DNA of 62,971 bases, filler included, from Nitrospinae bacterium RIFCSPLOWO2_12_FULL_45_22 (GTDB taxonomy: Bacteria > 2-12-FULL-45-22), in assembly GCA_001803565.1 (NCBI GenBank). It is 7 parts of 7 records of this genome, joined end to end, with 100 filler letters (N's around TTAATTAATTAA, not from the genome) between each part and the next. Parts side by side here need not be neighbours in the genome. Positions count along the whole stretch, not along the records: positions 27,017 to 40,873 come from MHDQ01000081.1; 6 more parts are not named here. One strand, given 5' to 3'. Below, in pieces: positions 29,848 through 38,964 of the stretch. A model generated the notes under the pieces. It had not been told where the DNA came from. It worked only from the letters and a program-made list of their open reading frames with translations, and did no database searches. The position numbers and the translations under genes are program-made. Within the stretch, counting starts at the first letter, position 1. Each line of letters starts with the position of its first letter.

Positions 29848-30627
29848 TTAGCCGGCCAACTGCTGGGCAATGATGGCCGCCCCTAAGGCCCCTACTATCT
29901 GTGGGTCCTCAGGTATCAATGCCTTATGCCCTAACTTCTCCTCTATGGCCCGCACTATCCCTAAATTCTTACTTACCCCACCCGTCAGCACTACCTCGGG
30001 CACGACTCCGATCCGCTGGGTCATACCAAAGAGCCGATCCACTATGGACTCGTGGATACCCGCCAGGATATCTTCCTTCGGGGTGGGGGGGTCCCGATGG
30101 ACATGGCTGATTACCTCAGACTCAGCAAAGATGACGCACATGCTGCTGATAGATGCCTTGGACTTGTGCTTTAAAGATACAGGACCCATCTCCTCTACCG
30201 GTACCCGCATCATCTTGCTCATAGCATGCAGGAATACCCCCGTACCAGCCGCACATTTATCATTGCCTACACTATCCTCTATCTTACCATCGGCACCGAG
30301 CTTTATCACCGTGGAAGACTCGGCCCCGATATCTATCACGGTACGGGCCGATGGAAAGAGCCAGTATGCCCCTTTGGCATGACAGCTCATGGAGGTACGC
30401 TGTTTCTGGGCAAAAGAGATCCCCTTACGGCCAGTACCGGTAGAGAGCACCAGCTTCAAGTCCTCTAGCTTCAAGCCCGCCCTGGCTAATGCCTCATCCA
30501 TGGCGTGCCTGGCCTCTATCTCGCCTACCTCCCCACTGACCCTTGTGGCACTACTCAAGACCTTGTCACCTTCAAGAATCACCACCTTGGTAGACAAAGC
30601 CCCCATATCAATACCTGCTACCGCCAT
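29848..30627 (-). CDS. ATP-dependent activator (BcrAD/BadFG/HgdC family), BzdP-like
   Basis: AGIDMG, STGTGR, CHAKG, DIGAE, NDKCAAGTG, CVIFAESE, GGVSKN; start placed at MAVAG after GGAGGG. Confidence 0.9.
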   Translation of the reverse strand: MAVAGIDMGALSTKVVILEGDKVLSSATRVSGEVGEIEARHAMDEALARAGLKLEDLKLVLSTGTGRKGISFAQKQRTSMSCHAKGAYWLFPSARTVIDIGAESSTVIKLGADGKIEDSVGNDKCAAGTGVFLHAMSKMMRVPVEEMGPVSLKHKSKASISSMCVIFAESEVISHVHRDPPTPKEDILAGIHESIVDRLFGMTQRIGVVPEVVLTGGVSKNLGIVRAIEEKLGHKALIPEDPQIVGALGAAIIAQQLAG

Positions 30628-30709
30628 ACCTAATTCCCTCCTCTTACTAAAGTTTATACCCTTATTACATTGTGACAATGCTATATTTACTGATAACAAA
30701 CGGGCAGTC

Positions 30710-30842
30710 AAATTCTAAATCCTAAGCACAAAATCCTAAACAATATCAAAATCGTAAATCCAAATCTCAAAACAAGTTTGACTGTTTTGAATTTTGGTTA
30801 TTTGGATTTGTTTAGGTGGTAGCATTTTAAATTTAGAATTTT
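30710..30842. repeat. Heptamer-periodic AT-rich hairpin repeat (copy B)
   Basis: AAATTCTAAATCCTAAGCACAAAATCCTAAACAATATCAAAAT ... TTTTGAATTTTGGTTATTTGGATTTGTTTAGG. Confidence 0.8.
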
Positions 30843-30853
30843 ACTTTGTCAAA

Positions 30854-31999
30854 TTATTTACCTACCTTCATCATCTCTAAAAATGCCTCTACCCGGGTCC
30901 TTATCTGACCAATACCACCCATTCCATATTCCAGGTCGAGCTCTAATACAGGAATTCCGGCGTCCTCCAATTTCTGTTTCATGACCGGTTTGTCATGGCC
31001 ATAGACATCACAAAACTTAATTATCTCATAAATCACCCCTTCCACCTTGAACTCGTTAATCAACCCCATGACAAAATCCATTCGCATAGAGAAAGGTCGC
31101 ATGCGGGCACATGGTGGGTGGTTGAGATAGCGTTTAGCCAGGGCTTCGATAGGTTCTAATGTGGTATCGGTCAGATTCCACCAGAACCTGGTGCCAGTAC
31201 AGAGCTCATCGGTGACAACAATTGCCCCCAGGCTCTCTATGGCATTGATAAACTCTGGCCGGTCCAGTATGCTGCCAACAACCATTAATCTTGGCCGGTC
31301 GCCATTGGATAGCGCCTGACGCTGAGGCAGCTCAGCCAAAAGCCTTTCTAATTGCGAATTGAACTCTGCCCGCGGCATACGCATACTCGCCTGGATAATC
31401 TCCATGGTCTCCGTCCCACTGATCAAAGGCCCACCTGATTTCCTGAAGTCATATAATTTTCTGAAAAGTTCCCGGCTCTTATTATAGAGCTTTATGGTCT
31501 CCCTAAGCTTATCCGTAGTAATATCTACCTGGAAAAATTCCTCTAATTCTTGCTTTAAATGCCGAAGCTGTTGGGCAAAAAATTCTTCTGCCTCGGGGGT
31601 AATTTTGTGGGGGACACTGACGATATGCCTAAATGGGGTTTGTAGATAGTTATTCCAGACATCAAATAGTCGCCTGATAGGGTCACAACTGGTCCCAGAG
31701 ACAACTCCATCTAGAAAATCATAATCCTTTCTCAGGGCAAGCTCGAGACAACCCCGGGCAAAGGTACAGGTATTGGCATACAGATAAGCATCGGCCTCAG
31801 TGATATCTTCTGCCTTAGCCCCGGTAACTCTTATCGGGAGCATACCCCCAGCCTCGATGATTTCTTCGGGGATGTAAGTACATATCCAGCCAACAACCTT
31901 TTTCCCCTGGGCCTTCCAGGCCTGGATAGCCTTACTCTGGGGGAAGGGAGAGCTGGCTTCCTTCAATTCTTCCAATACCTTTAGAGATTGCTCCATCAC
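30854..31999 (-). CDS. 2-hydroxyacyl-CoA dehydratase / benzoyl-CoA reductase family, ~380-aa (BcrC/BzdN/HgdB-like) subunit
   Basis: CTYIPEEII, CTFARG, SCD, DELCTGTR, PCAR, KFCD, QIRTRVEAFLEM. Confidence 0.9.
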   Translation of the reverse strand: MMEQSLKVLEELKEASSPFPQSKAIQAWKAQGKKVVGWICTYIPEEIIEAGGMLPIRVTGAKAEDITEADAYLYANTCTFARGCLELALRKDYDFLDGVVSGTSCDPIRRLFDVWNNYLQTPFRHIVSVPHKITPEAEEFFAQQLRHLKQELEEFFQVDITTDKLRETIKLYNKSRELFRKLYDFRKSGGPLISGTETMEIIQASMRMPRAEFNSQLERLLAELPQRQALSNGDRPRLMVVGSILDRPEFINAIESLGAIVVTDELCTGTRFWWNLTDTTLEPIEALAKRYLNHPPCARMRPFSMRMDFVMGLINEFKVEGVIYEIIKFCDVYGHDKPVMKQKLEDAGIPVLELDLEYGMGGIGQIRTRVEAFLEMMKVGK

Positions 32000-32050
32000 C
32001 TCTGCTCCTTATACTCAAGTTGTACTCAAGCCAAGTTATTTAAATTAATT

Positions 32051-32264
32051 GTAACCGTTCACCCGGCTAAGCTTTATCAGCCACCAAGACACGAAGGCAC
32101 CAAGAGATGCGATCATTTATCCGGTGTATGACATACGCTGCATGCCCTATGCAGAGCAAGCTCTGCCACTACAGCCTACAAAAAAGTTTGTACCTGCCTG
32201 CCGCAGGCAGGCTCGACTCCCTTCATGCCTTGGTGACTTAGTGTCTTGGTGGCTGAACGGTTAC
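32051..32264 (+). mobile_element. MITE-like repeat copy 2 (complete, 214 bp)
   Basis: TIR GTAACCGTTCA/TGAACGGTTAC, flanked on both sides by AATTAATT; subterminal 9-mer arrays; internal REP palindrome. Confidence 0.85.
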
Positions 32265-32266
32265 AA

Positions 32267-33541
32267 TTAATTTCGTACGCCGATTCCCTTTTTTTCCTCC
32301 ATCCTCTCAAAAAATTCCTCTAGTTTACCTTTAACCTCTTCGGTAGAGGTGAAAGACTTGTCTACCAGGTCACAATCTATCACTGCTACTGGCAGGTCCA
32401 GTTTGTCCTGGAGTTCATCCTTTACTGCCCGGATGCAGGCACAGGCCTGCCGGCAGCCGATATGGGCAAAGAACACAGCTCCATCCACCCGGTATTCCTG
32501 AGCAGATTTTACCATACTCTCTATAAAAGGTTCCATAGGGCCATGCAGTTGGTAGCAAGCAGGGTGGACAAAGGTCTTTCGGGCCAGGTTTTCTACTGGC
32601 TTATTCGGATTTTTCAGCCAGTAAGGATCATGTCCCCAGGCATTAAGGATATCTGCTACTATAACTGCCCCGTGCTCTTCTTGCATCCAATCCATAATAC
32701 TCATATCCCAAAATGGTATCACAAAAGGGAGTATTAGGCGATATCGTTCTTCGGGTAGTACCCCTATCCCTTTATCTACCCTCTCTTTCACCTCGTCCCG
32801 CATCTGCTCATAAAAAGTCACTGCTTCCGCTGTACCGGCCATGAGCCACATGACCGCTACCTGGGCAAAGAGGCCCTCACAGGGAAAAGGCTCAGGTACT
32901 GCTTTGCGTAATTCATTGAGCTCCAGACAAAGCTCAGTAACTCTATAAGACCGGGCTACTATTTCCTTAAGCCGATCATAATCCATCTTACGCCCAGTTT
33001 GCTCCTCAAGAAACTGTATCAAGCCCTCATATTCTTCGGTATAATAGGCCAAGCTCAGGTCATCATAGACATAAGGCCGATCCAAAAAATAACCGGGAGA
33101 GCCATACATCTCGGCCATACCCTCACCACTCTTAGGGGTATTATCGCAGGCCTGGGAAGAGAAGACAAAGAAGTCTGGCTTAGGGAAGGCCTGGGCTAAG
33201 ACCATGGCATCGGTGACCCGGTGGGCCGAACAGATCTCCGGTGGAAAGCCTACCTGGGCTGCTAATTCCAGATACTCTTTCAGGTCGCCAAAGAAATTGT
33301 TATACAGCGCATAGGCCTCAATATGCAAAGGGACAATATCCATGGCATAGAATAGTTCGATGGGGCACATGACAGTATGACCGACCAGGAATTTGCCCTG
33401 TTCTTTGGCACTAATGACCCGCTCATAATACTTAATTACTAAATCGAGATATGGGAGAACAGATCTGAAGCTGGAATCTTTATATAACTCCTTAACCCCT
33501 TCTAATTTATTTATTAGCTCTTGCATAGTAGGGTTTCTCAT
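32267..33541 (-). CDS. 2-hydroxyacyl-CoA dehydratase / benzoyl-CoA reductase family, ~420-aa (BcrB/BzdO/HgdA-like) subunit
   Basis: PIELFYAMD, ICSAHR, ACDN, FLEEQTGRKMDYDRL, HIGCRQAC. Confidence 0.9.
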   Translation of the reverse strand: MRNPTMQELINKLEGVKELYKDSSFRSVLPYLDLVIKYYERVISAKEQGKFLVGHTVMCPIELFYAMDIVPLHIEAYALYNNFFGDLKEYLELAAQVGFPPEICSAHRVTDAMVLAQAFPKPDFFVFSSQACDNTPKSGEGMAEMYGSPGYFLDRPYVYDDLSLAYYTEEYEGLIQFLEEQTGRKMDYDRLKEIVARSYRVTELCLELNELRKAVPEPFPCEGLFAQVAVMWLMAGTAEAVTFYEQMRDEVKERVDKGIGVLPEERYRLILPFVIPFWDMSIMDWMQEEHGAVIVADILNAWGHDPYWLKNPNKPVENLARKTFVHPACYQLHGPMEPFIESMVKSAQEYRVDGAVFFAHIGCRQACACIRAVKDELQDKLDLPVAVIDCDLVDKSFTSTEEVKGKLEEFFERMEEKKGIGVRN

Positions 33542-33562
33542 GCCTTTATCCTCCTAACAATT

Positions 33563-34711
33563 CTAGAAATGTTTAGTCTGGAGCATCTCTACGAAGGCCT
33601 CGGCCCGGGTTCTTACCTGACCAGTACCGCCTTGACCATACTCCAGGTCCAGCTCTAAGACCGGTATGTCCCGTTTCTCTAGCCTCTCTTTCAGTAGGGG
33701 TTTATCATGCCCATAAGGGACACAGTAGCGCACAATCTCGGAGACAACCCCATGTACCTTAAACTGATCCAGCATATCAAAGATATGACTAAAGCGACGT
33801 TCAGAGGGCTGGAAGCGGGCACAGGGTGGCCGATTTAAATAGTAGCGGGCCAGGGCCTCCATAGGTGGTAAATCAGTATCTACCATGTTCCAGAAGTAGC
33901 GGGTGCCAGTACATAACTCATCAGTTACCACTACGGCATCCAGGTCCTCAATGGCCTTGATCCATTCAGAATTGTGGAGGATACTACCCAGGATCATCAG
34001 TCTTACTCTTTTGTTTATCTGGCGATCAGTATGCTCTAGCTCATTCACCAATCTCTCTAATATTTTATTGTATTGCTCCCGGGGGATACGCATAGCGGCC
34101 TTGACCACTTCCAGGGTCTCTGCACCAGTTATTGGGGGATTATTCCTCTTTCTAAATTCATATAGGCTGTGCAAAAGCTCCCTACTCCTGTTATAGACAC
34201 TGATAGCATGACGTAGGGCCTCGTCACTAACTTCTTTCCCCACAAACTCTCCTAATTTTCCCTTTAACTCCTCCAGTTGAGCCCGGTAGAATTGGTGTGC
34301 CCGCTCAGTCCATTTTCTGGGGATATAGAAGATATGGGTGAAGGAGTTATTGTTGCCGTAGCGGAGCCATACATCATGGAGTCTCCGGGCACCATCACAG
34401 GTCTCAGCCGTCACTAAGCCCTCCAGGAAGTCGTATTGTCCTTCTATGGCTAATTGGAAGCCAGTACGGGCAAAAGAACAGGTGTTGATATAGAGGTAGG
34501 CCTCAGCCTTTTTTAGCTCCAGTTCTTCATTGTCGCCACTGACCCTGAAAGGAAGCACCCCGGCGGCATAGAGAATTTCTTCGGGGACGTAGATGCAGAC
34601 ATAACCTATAACCTTTCTTCCTGGCTTCTGCCATTCCTTGATAGCAGTATTTTTCGGGAAAGGCGTAGCCAGGTTTTTCAATTCTGTCAATGCCTCTAAG
34701 GAATTATCCAT
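33563..34711 (-). CDS. Dehydratase/reductase family ~380-aa subunit, paralog
   Basis: YVPEEILYAAG, CSFAR, TCDG, DELCTGTR, PCAR, RYCVPY, QVRTRAEAFVEM. Confidence 0.9.
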   Translation of the reverse strand: MDNSLEALTELKNLATPFPKNTAIKEWQKPGRKVIGYVCIYVPEEILYAAGVLPFRVSGDNEELELKKAEAYLYINTCSFARTGFQLAIEGQYDFLEGLVTAETCDGARRLHDVWLRYGNNNSFTHIFYIPRKWTERAHQFYRAQLEELKGKLGEFVGKEVSDEALRHAISVYNRSRELLHSLYEFRKRNNPPITGAETLEVVKAAMRIPREQYNKILERLVNELEHTDRQINKRVRLMILGSILHNSEWIKAIEDLDAVVVTDELCTGTRYFWNMVDTDLPPMEALARYYLNRPPCARFQPSERRFSHIFDMLDQFKVHGVVSEIVRYCVPYGHDKPLLKERLEKRDIPVLELDLEYGQGGTGQVRTRAEAFVEMLQTKHF

Positions 34712-35345
34712 TTGAACCTCCCTTTACGCTGATACCTTCTAAGATGAACCTATTAAGGATGCTCACCAGGTCATTTAAAATAACCTGGTTGCGATTTAAG
34801 AGCCACTGGAGGAGGATACCTTGCCAGGCACCTATCAGGGTTACAGCCAGAAGTCGAGAGTCAATATCAGTCCTTATGCTACCAGCTCGCTTGCCTTCTT
34901 CCACTATCTCAGACACAGATGAGAAAAATTCGTCAAAGGCATCCTTTAATACCCTTTCGAATTTTTCATCTACCTCGGTAAACTCAGCAATCAACACAAT
35001 AAAGATAACGAACTGGTCTTTATTTTTGAGGGTCAGCTCCATAAAGATATCTAGCATCTTAATCAGCTTCTCTAGGGCTCCTCCTTCTTTACCGATTTCC
35101 TTAATTATTAAGCTATTCCATAGGGCCTTTACCTCCCTCACTACCTCGCAAAAGATGGCTTCTTTACTCTCGAAATGACAATAGAAGGCCCCTTTAGTCA
35201 TCCGGGCCGATTCAGCTATTTGGGAGATAGTGGTGTTATGGAAGCCATTTTTGGCAAAGAGGCTCACCGCGGCTTCCAGTATCTCCTGTTTAGTCCTTTC
35301 TCCCTTCAGGTCCCAGGTATTTTTTACTGAATATGGGGTCTCCAT
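34704..35345 (-). CDS. TetR/AcrR family transcriptional regulator
   Basis: ILEAAVSLFAKNGFHNTTISQIA...KGAFYCHFESKE helix-turn-helix. Confidence 0.93.
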   Translation of the reverse strand: METPYSVKNTWDLKGERTKQEILEAAVSLFAKNGFHNTTISQIAESARMTKGAFYCHFESKEAIFCEVVREVKALWNSLIIKEIGKEGGALEKLIKMLDIFMELTLKNKDQFVIFIVLIAEFTEVDEKFERVLKDAFDEFFSSVSEIVEEGKRAGSIRTDIDSRLLAVTLIGAWQGILLQWLLNRNQVILNDLVSILNRFILEGISVKGGSNG

Positions 35346-35380
35346 TTTCCTTTACTGACACTAATTACTTACACTGATAC

Positions 35381-36652
35381 TTACTTAGTATCTTCTAGCA
35401 TCTCGAAGAACCCTTCCAATTTCCCTCGCATCTCTTCCCCTGGGCTTAAGGAGGGATCAATGATGTCGCAATCGAGGGCGATCATGGGGATGCCGACATC
35501 ATCTTTTAAGGCATCTTTCATACTACGGATGAGGGCGCATGCCTGGCGGCAACCAATATGGGCAAAATATATGGACCCATCAGCCTTATAGTCTATAGCC
35601 GCCTGCACAGCATCCTCAATAATACCTTCTGAAGGCCCATGCATCTGCCGGACCAGGGAACGGTAAAAAGACTTCTCAGCAATGCTTTCTAACGGCTTAG
35701 CGGGGTCCATATCCCCCTTTGCCCACCAGGAGCAGTATGGTTCCATAACACTTACCGCACCATACTCCTGCTCCATCCAATCCATCAGCTTCCACTCGTA
35801 AGAAGGGGGCAAGAAGAGGGTCAGGATACGGAACCTCTCTTCCGGAATACCACCTACACCTTTGTCTACCCGCTCCTTAATCTCGTCCCGTACCAGTTCA
35901 AAATATTCTACCGCTTCTTGAGTACCGGCATAGAGCCATTCAACTACCATCGAGTTAAGGAAGCAGCGATTGCGGGCTGGGGCCGGGATATTCCGCCTTA
36001 ATTCGGCTATCTCTCGATACAGCTCAGTGACCCGCTGGGAGCGGGCAACTGCCTCGCTTAACCTATCATAATCCATCTTTTGACCGGTCTGTTCTTCTAA
36101 AAATTGAACAAGCCTCTTCAATTCTTTAGTAAAATATTCTACTTCTCTGGTGGTATAGCGGTAAGGGCGATCCAGAAAGATACCGGGAATCTCATAGAGG
36201 TCCAGGATAGCATCCCCACTCTTGGAGGTATTGTCACAGACCTGATTGGTCCAGACAATAAAATCTGGCCGGGGCAATGAATTCTGAATCACGGTAGCTG
36301 CCAGCAGACGGTGGGCAGAACAGGTCTCCGGTGTCAGGCCGAAGCTACGGGCAGCATCAAAGAACTCGGCATAGTTACCGAGCAAGATGGCCATCATCAT
36401 GGAGGTGGATTCTAGATGCATGGGTACTATGCCCATACCATAAAAGACCTCCAGGGGCGACATGACTGTATGCCCTACTATGGTCCTTTCTTGTTCAACT
36501 GCCTCCATGATCCTACGGTAGTATTTAACCATCAGCTCGTAGTATAACTCTTCACTGGCATAAGTAGGGTTCTTATGCCTATGGGCCAGGATATTCTCCA
36601 AAATCTTTACCATTTGTTGAATTCTAGGTTTAGCCAGAGTCGCTACCGTCAT
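35381..36652 (-). CDS. Dehydratase/reductase family ~420-aa subunit, paralog
   Basis: TCSAHR, VCDN, FLEEQTGQKMDYDRL, HIGCRQAC. Confidence 0.9.
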   Translation of the reverse strand: MTVATLAKPRIQQMVKILENILAHRHKNPTYASEELYYELMVKYYRRIMEAVEQERTIVGHTVMSPLEVFYGMGIVPMHLESTSMMMAILLGNYAEFFDAARSFGLTPETCSAHRLLAATVIQNSLPRPDFIVWTNQVCDNTSKSGDAILDLYEIPGIFLDRPYRYTTREVEYFTKELKRLVQFLEEQTGQKMDYDRLSEAVARSQRVTELYREIAELRRNIPAPARNRCFLNSMVVEWLYAGTQEAVEYFELVRDEIKERVDKGVGGIPEERFRILTLFLPPSYEWKLMDWMEQEYGAVSVMEPYCSWWAKGDMDPAKPLESIAEKSFYRSLVRQMHGPSEGIIEDAVQAAIDYKADGSIYFAHIGCRQACALIRSMKDALKDDVGIPMIALDCDIIDPSLSPGEEMRGKLEGFFEMLEDTK

Positions 36653-37800
36653 CTTGCTTCCCTCCCTTGTAACATTTCTAAAAATGCCTCTACCCTCGTC
36701 TTTATCTGACCAGTCTCTCCCATACCATATTCTACATCTAACTCCAGGACCGGGACCCCTATTTGGTTCAATCTTTCCCTCAGCAAGGGCTCGTCATGGG
36801 CATAAGGGACACAATACCTAATTATCTCGGTCACGGCGCCTTGTACCCGATATTCTTTAATCATATTAAGGACATGCTCTAGCCGGACATCCCAGGGGTT
36901 CATCCGGGCACAGGGGGTATTATCCAGGTAGCGCCGGGCGATAGCCGCCAGGGGGTCTACTTTATTGTTTTCCACCAGGCGCCAGAAATAACGGGTACCG
37001 GTGCATAGCTCATCAATAACTACTATACTACCGGCCTTTTCTACGGCCTGGATAAACTCGTGATTATTAAGGATGCTGCCATTTATCATTAAGCGGGGTC
37101 GAGGACCGGGCAAGGCCACTCTCCCTTTTAACTCTTGCAGCAATTGTCGCAATAAGTCATTGAACTGGGGCTTAGGCATGCGGTAGCTGGCATTAGTTAT
37201 CTCTAAAGCCTCTGCCCCGCTAATGGGTGGGTTGTCTACTTTTCGAAGCGCATAGAGCTGATGCAATAGCTGCCGGGTTTCATTACATACCTGGATGGCT
37301 TCTTTCAGGCCCTGGTCAGTAATCTTGATACCAGCAAATTTCTCCAAATGTCCCTTAAACTCTTCTACCTCCTCCCGGTAGAGCTGGTGGGCATCCTCAG
37401 TAAATTTCCTGGGGACACTAAGGATATGGAGGAAAGGGGTGGGTATATAGTTTTTCCAGACGTCAAAGAGGCGCCTGGAACCATCACAGGTAGCTCCGGC
37501 TGCCAGCCCGTCTAAGTAGTCATACTGTTTCCGCAAGGCCAGATCCAAACAAGAGCGGGCAAAAGAACAGGTGTTAATATACAGGTAAGCATTAGCCTGT
37601 TCTAACTCCAATTCCCGGTTTATACCGCCCATCCTGATAGGGAGTATCCCTGCGGCCATTATCACTTCTTCCGGCACATAAGTACAGACCCAGGCAACAA
37701 CCTTCTTCCCTTCCTTTTTCCAATCCAGGATGGCCCTGGACTGAGGAAAGTCATTACATAAATCCTTTATCTTAGCCATAGATTCTGGTACTGCTGTCAT
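36649..37800 (-). CDS. Dehydratase/reductase family ~380-aa subunit, paralog
   Basis: CTYVPEEVI, CSFAR, TCDG, DELCTGTR, PCAR, RYCVPY; 4-nt overlap with the downstream subunit. Confidence 0.9.
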   Translation of the reverse strand: MTAVPESMAKIKDLCNDFPQSRAILDWKKEGKKVVAWVCTYVPEEVIMAAGILPIRMGGINRELELEQANAYLYINTCSFARSCLDLALRKQYDYLDGLAAGATCDGSRRLFDVWKNYIPTPFLHILSVPRKFTEDAHQLYREEVEEFKGHLEKFAGIKITDQGLKEAIQVCNETRQLLHQLYALRKVDNPPISGAEALEITNASYRMPKPQFNDLLRQLLQELKGRVALPGPRPRLMINGSILNNHEFIQAVEKAGSIVVIDELCTGTRYFWRLVENNKVDPLAAIARRYLDNTPCARMNPWDVRLEHVLNMIKEYRVQGAVTEIIRYCVPYAHDEPLLRERLNQIGVPVLELDVEYGMGETGQIKTRVEAFLEMLQGREAR

Positions 37801-37811
37801 AACGTCCCTCC

Positions 37812-38447
37812 CTAATTTTTTGCTATAATCCTCTCCCTTTTGAGAGAAGGAGCCAATCCATCAAACACCATAGAGCGCAAGCAATTTACCAGGCTCTCCA
37901 ACCTTACCTCGTTGCGGTTGAGGAGCCATTGTAGTAATATCCCTTGCCATACCCCCATAAAGGCTATAGCCATTAAATTAGTGTTAATATCTTTATGGAT
38001 ACTCCCCTCGCTTTTACCATCATCGATTATCTGGGCGATAAACTCAAAGAATTCCATAAAACCCTCTCTGAGGGCGCGCTCAAATCTCTCATCTACCTCA
38101 GTAAATTCCGCTATTAAGACGATAAATATTACGTATCTCTCTTTATTTTCTAAAGTTGTTTCTACAAAGAGATCCAGGATATTCTCCATCTTTTTTTGAG
38201 CACTCCAGTTCCTCTTGAGATTTTTCCGCAAGACATCTTTCCATTCCTGCCTTACCTGATCTATAACGGCCATAAGGAGGTCTTCTTTATCCTCAAAGTG
38301 CCAATAAAGAGCCCCTTTACTCAGTTGGCACATCTCAGTAATCTGGGCAATAGAGGTGTTATGGAACCCATTCTTGGCAAAGAGAGAAATGGCCGCCTTG
38401 ATGATGGTGGCCTTGGTCTTCTCGCTCTGTATGTCTTTCTTATTCAT
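37812..38447 (-). CDS. TetR/AcrR family transcriptional regulator
   Basis: IIKAAISLFAKNGFHNTSIAQI...KGALYWHFEDKE; paralog of 34704-35345; start placed at MNKKDIQ from the promoter position. Confidence 0.92.
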   Translation of the reverse strand: MNKKDIQSEKTKATIIKAAISLFAKNGFHNTSIAQITEMCQLSKGALYWHFEDKEDLLMAVIDQVRQEWKDVLRKNLKRNWSAQKKMENILDLFVETTLENKERYVIFIVLIAEFTEVDERFERALREGFMEFFEFIAQIIDDGKSEGSIHKDINTNLMAIAFMGVWQGILLQWLLNRNEVRLESLVNCLRSMVFDGLAPSLKRERIIAKN

Positions 38448-38467
38448 GGGTGGGTATATCCCTTTCA

Positions 38468-38511
38468 TACTAAACGGTCAGTATTTTAGCTAACCGGGTA
38501 AAAAAAGTCAA
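38468..38511 (-). promoter_or_regulatory. Sigma70-type promoter with an overlapping candidate TetR operator
   Basis: TTGACT(38511-38506)-N17-TAAAAT(38488-38483), followed by pseudo-palindrome TACTGACCGTTTAGTA (38483-38468). Confidence 0.65.
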
Positions 38512-38557
38512 GCAAAAAAAAATCAGTAAAAATTTAGCCACAAAAAGGGGCATCCTG

Positions 38558-38770
38558 CAAAAGTAGTTAACAATTTGAAAGAGCAAAATATTTTGTAACA
38601 GTTCAGGTTCTTTGTCATTTCGAGTGCAGCGAGAAATCTTTCCGAGACCGGAGGTAAATAAAGATTCCTCCCTTCTCACTCCTTACGATGTACGTATCTC
38701 TGTGATCTCTGCGTGCTCTGTGGCAAATTAGTAAAATTATTTTATTGACGAAAAGTGTTAACTACTTTTG
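38558..38770. mobile_element. 213-bp MITE-like insert with perfect 15-bp TIRs
   Basis: CAAAAGTAGTTAACA (38558-38572) and TGTTAACTACTTTTG (38756-38770). Confidence 0.7.
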
Positions 38771-38889
38771 GCCGAAGTGAAGGATGCCCCCTTTTCTTGT
38801 ACCTTTGTTGGTTAGAAAATGGGGGGATGAACCCACCCAAAAAATTATTCGACTCCTAAGGGAAACCTCTCGAATGTCAGATTTCAGAG

Positions 38890-38964
38890 TCGGGACGAGA
38901 GGATTTGAACCTCCGACCCCCTGCTCCCGAAGCAGGTGCGCTAACCAGGCTGCGCTACGTCCCG
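38890..38964 (-). tRNA. tRNA-Pro(CGG), CCA not encoded
   Basis: Minus strand CGGGACGTAGCGCAGCCTGGTTAGCGCACCTGCTTCGGGAGCAGGGGGTCGGAGGTTCAAATCCTCTCGTCCCGA, followed by CT. Confidence 0.96.

Noticed and set aside
28850-30382. Long plus-strand ORFs antisense to the activator genes, and similar shadow ORFs elsewhere
   Set aside because: They mirror well-supported genes on the opposite strand and carry no motifs of their own
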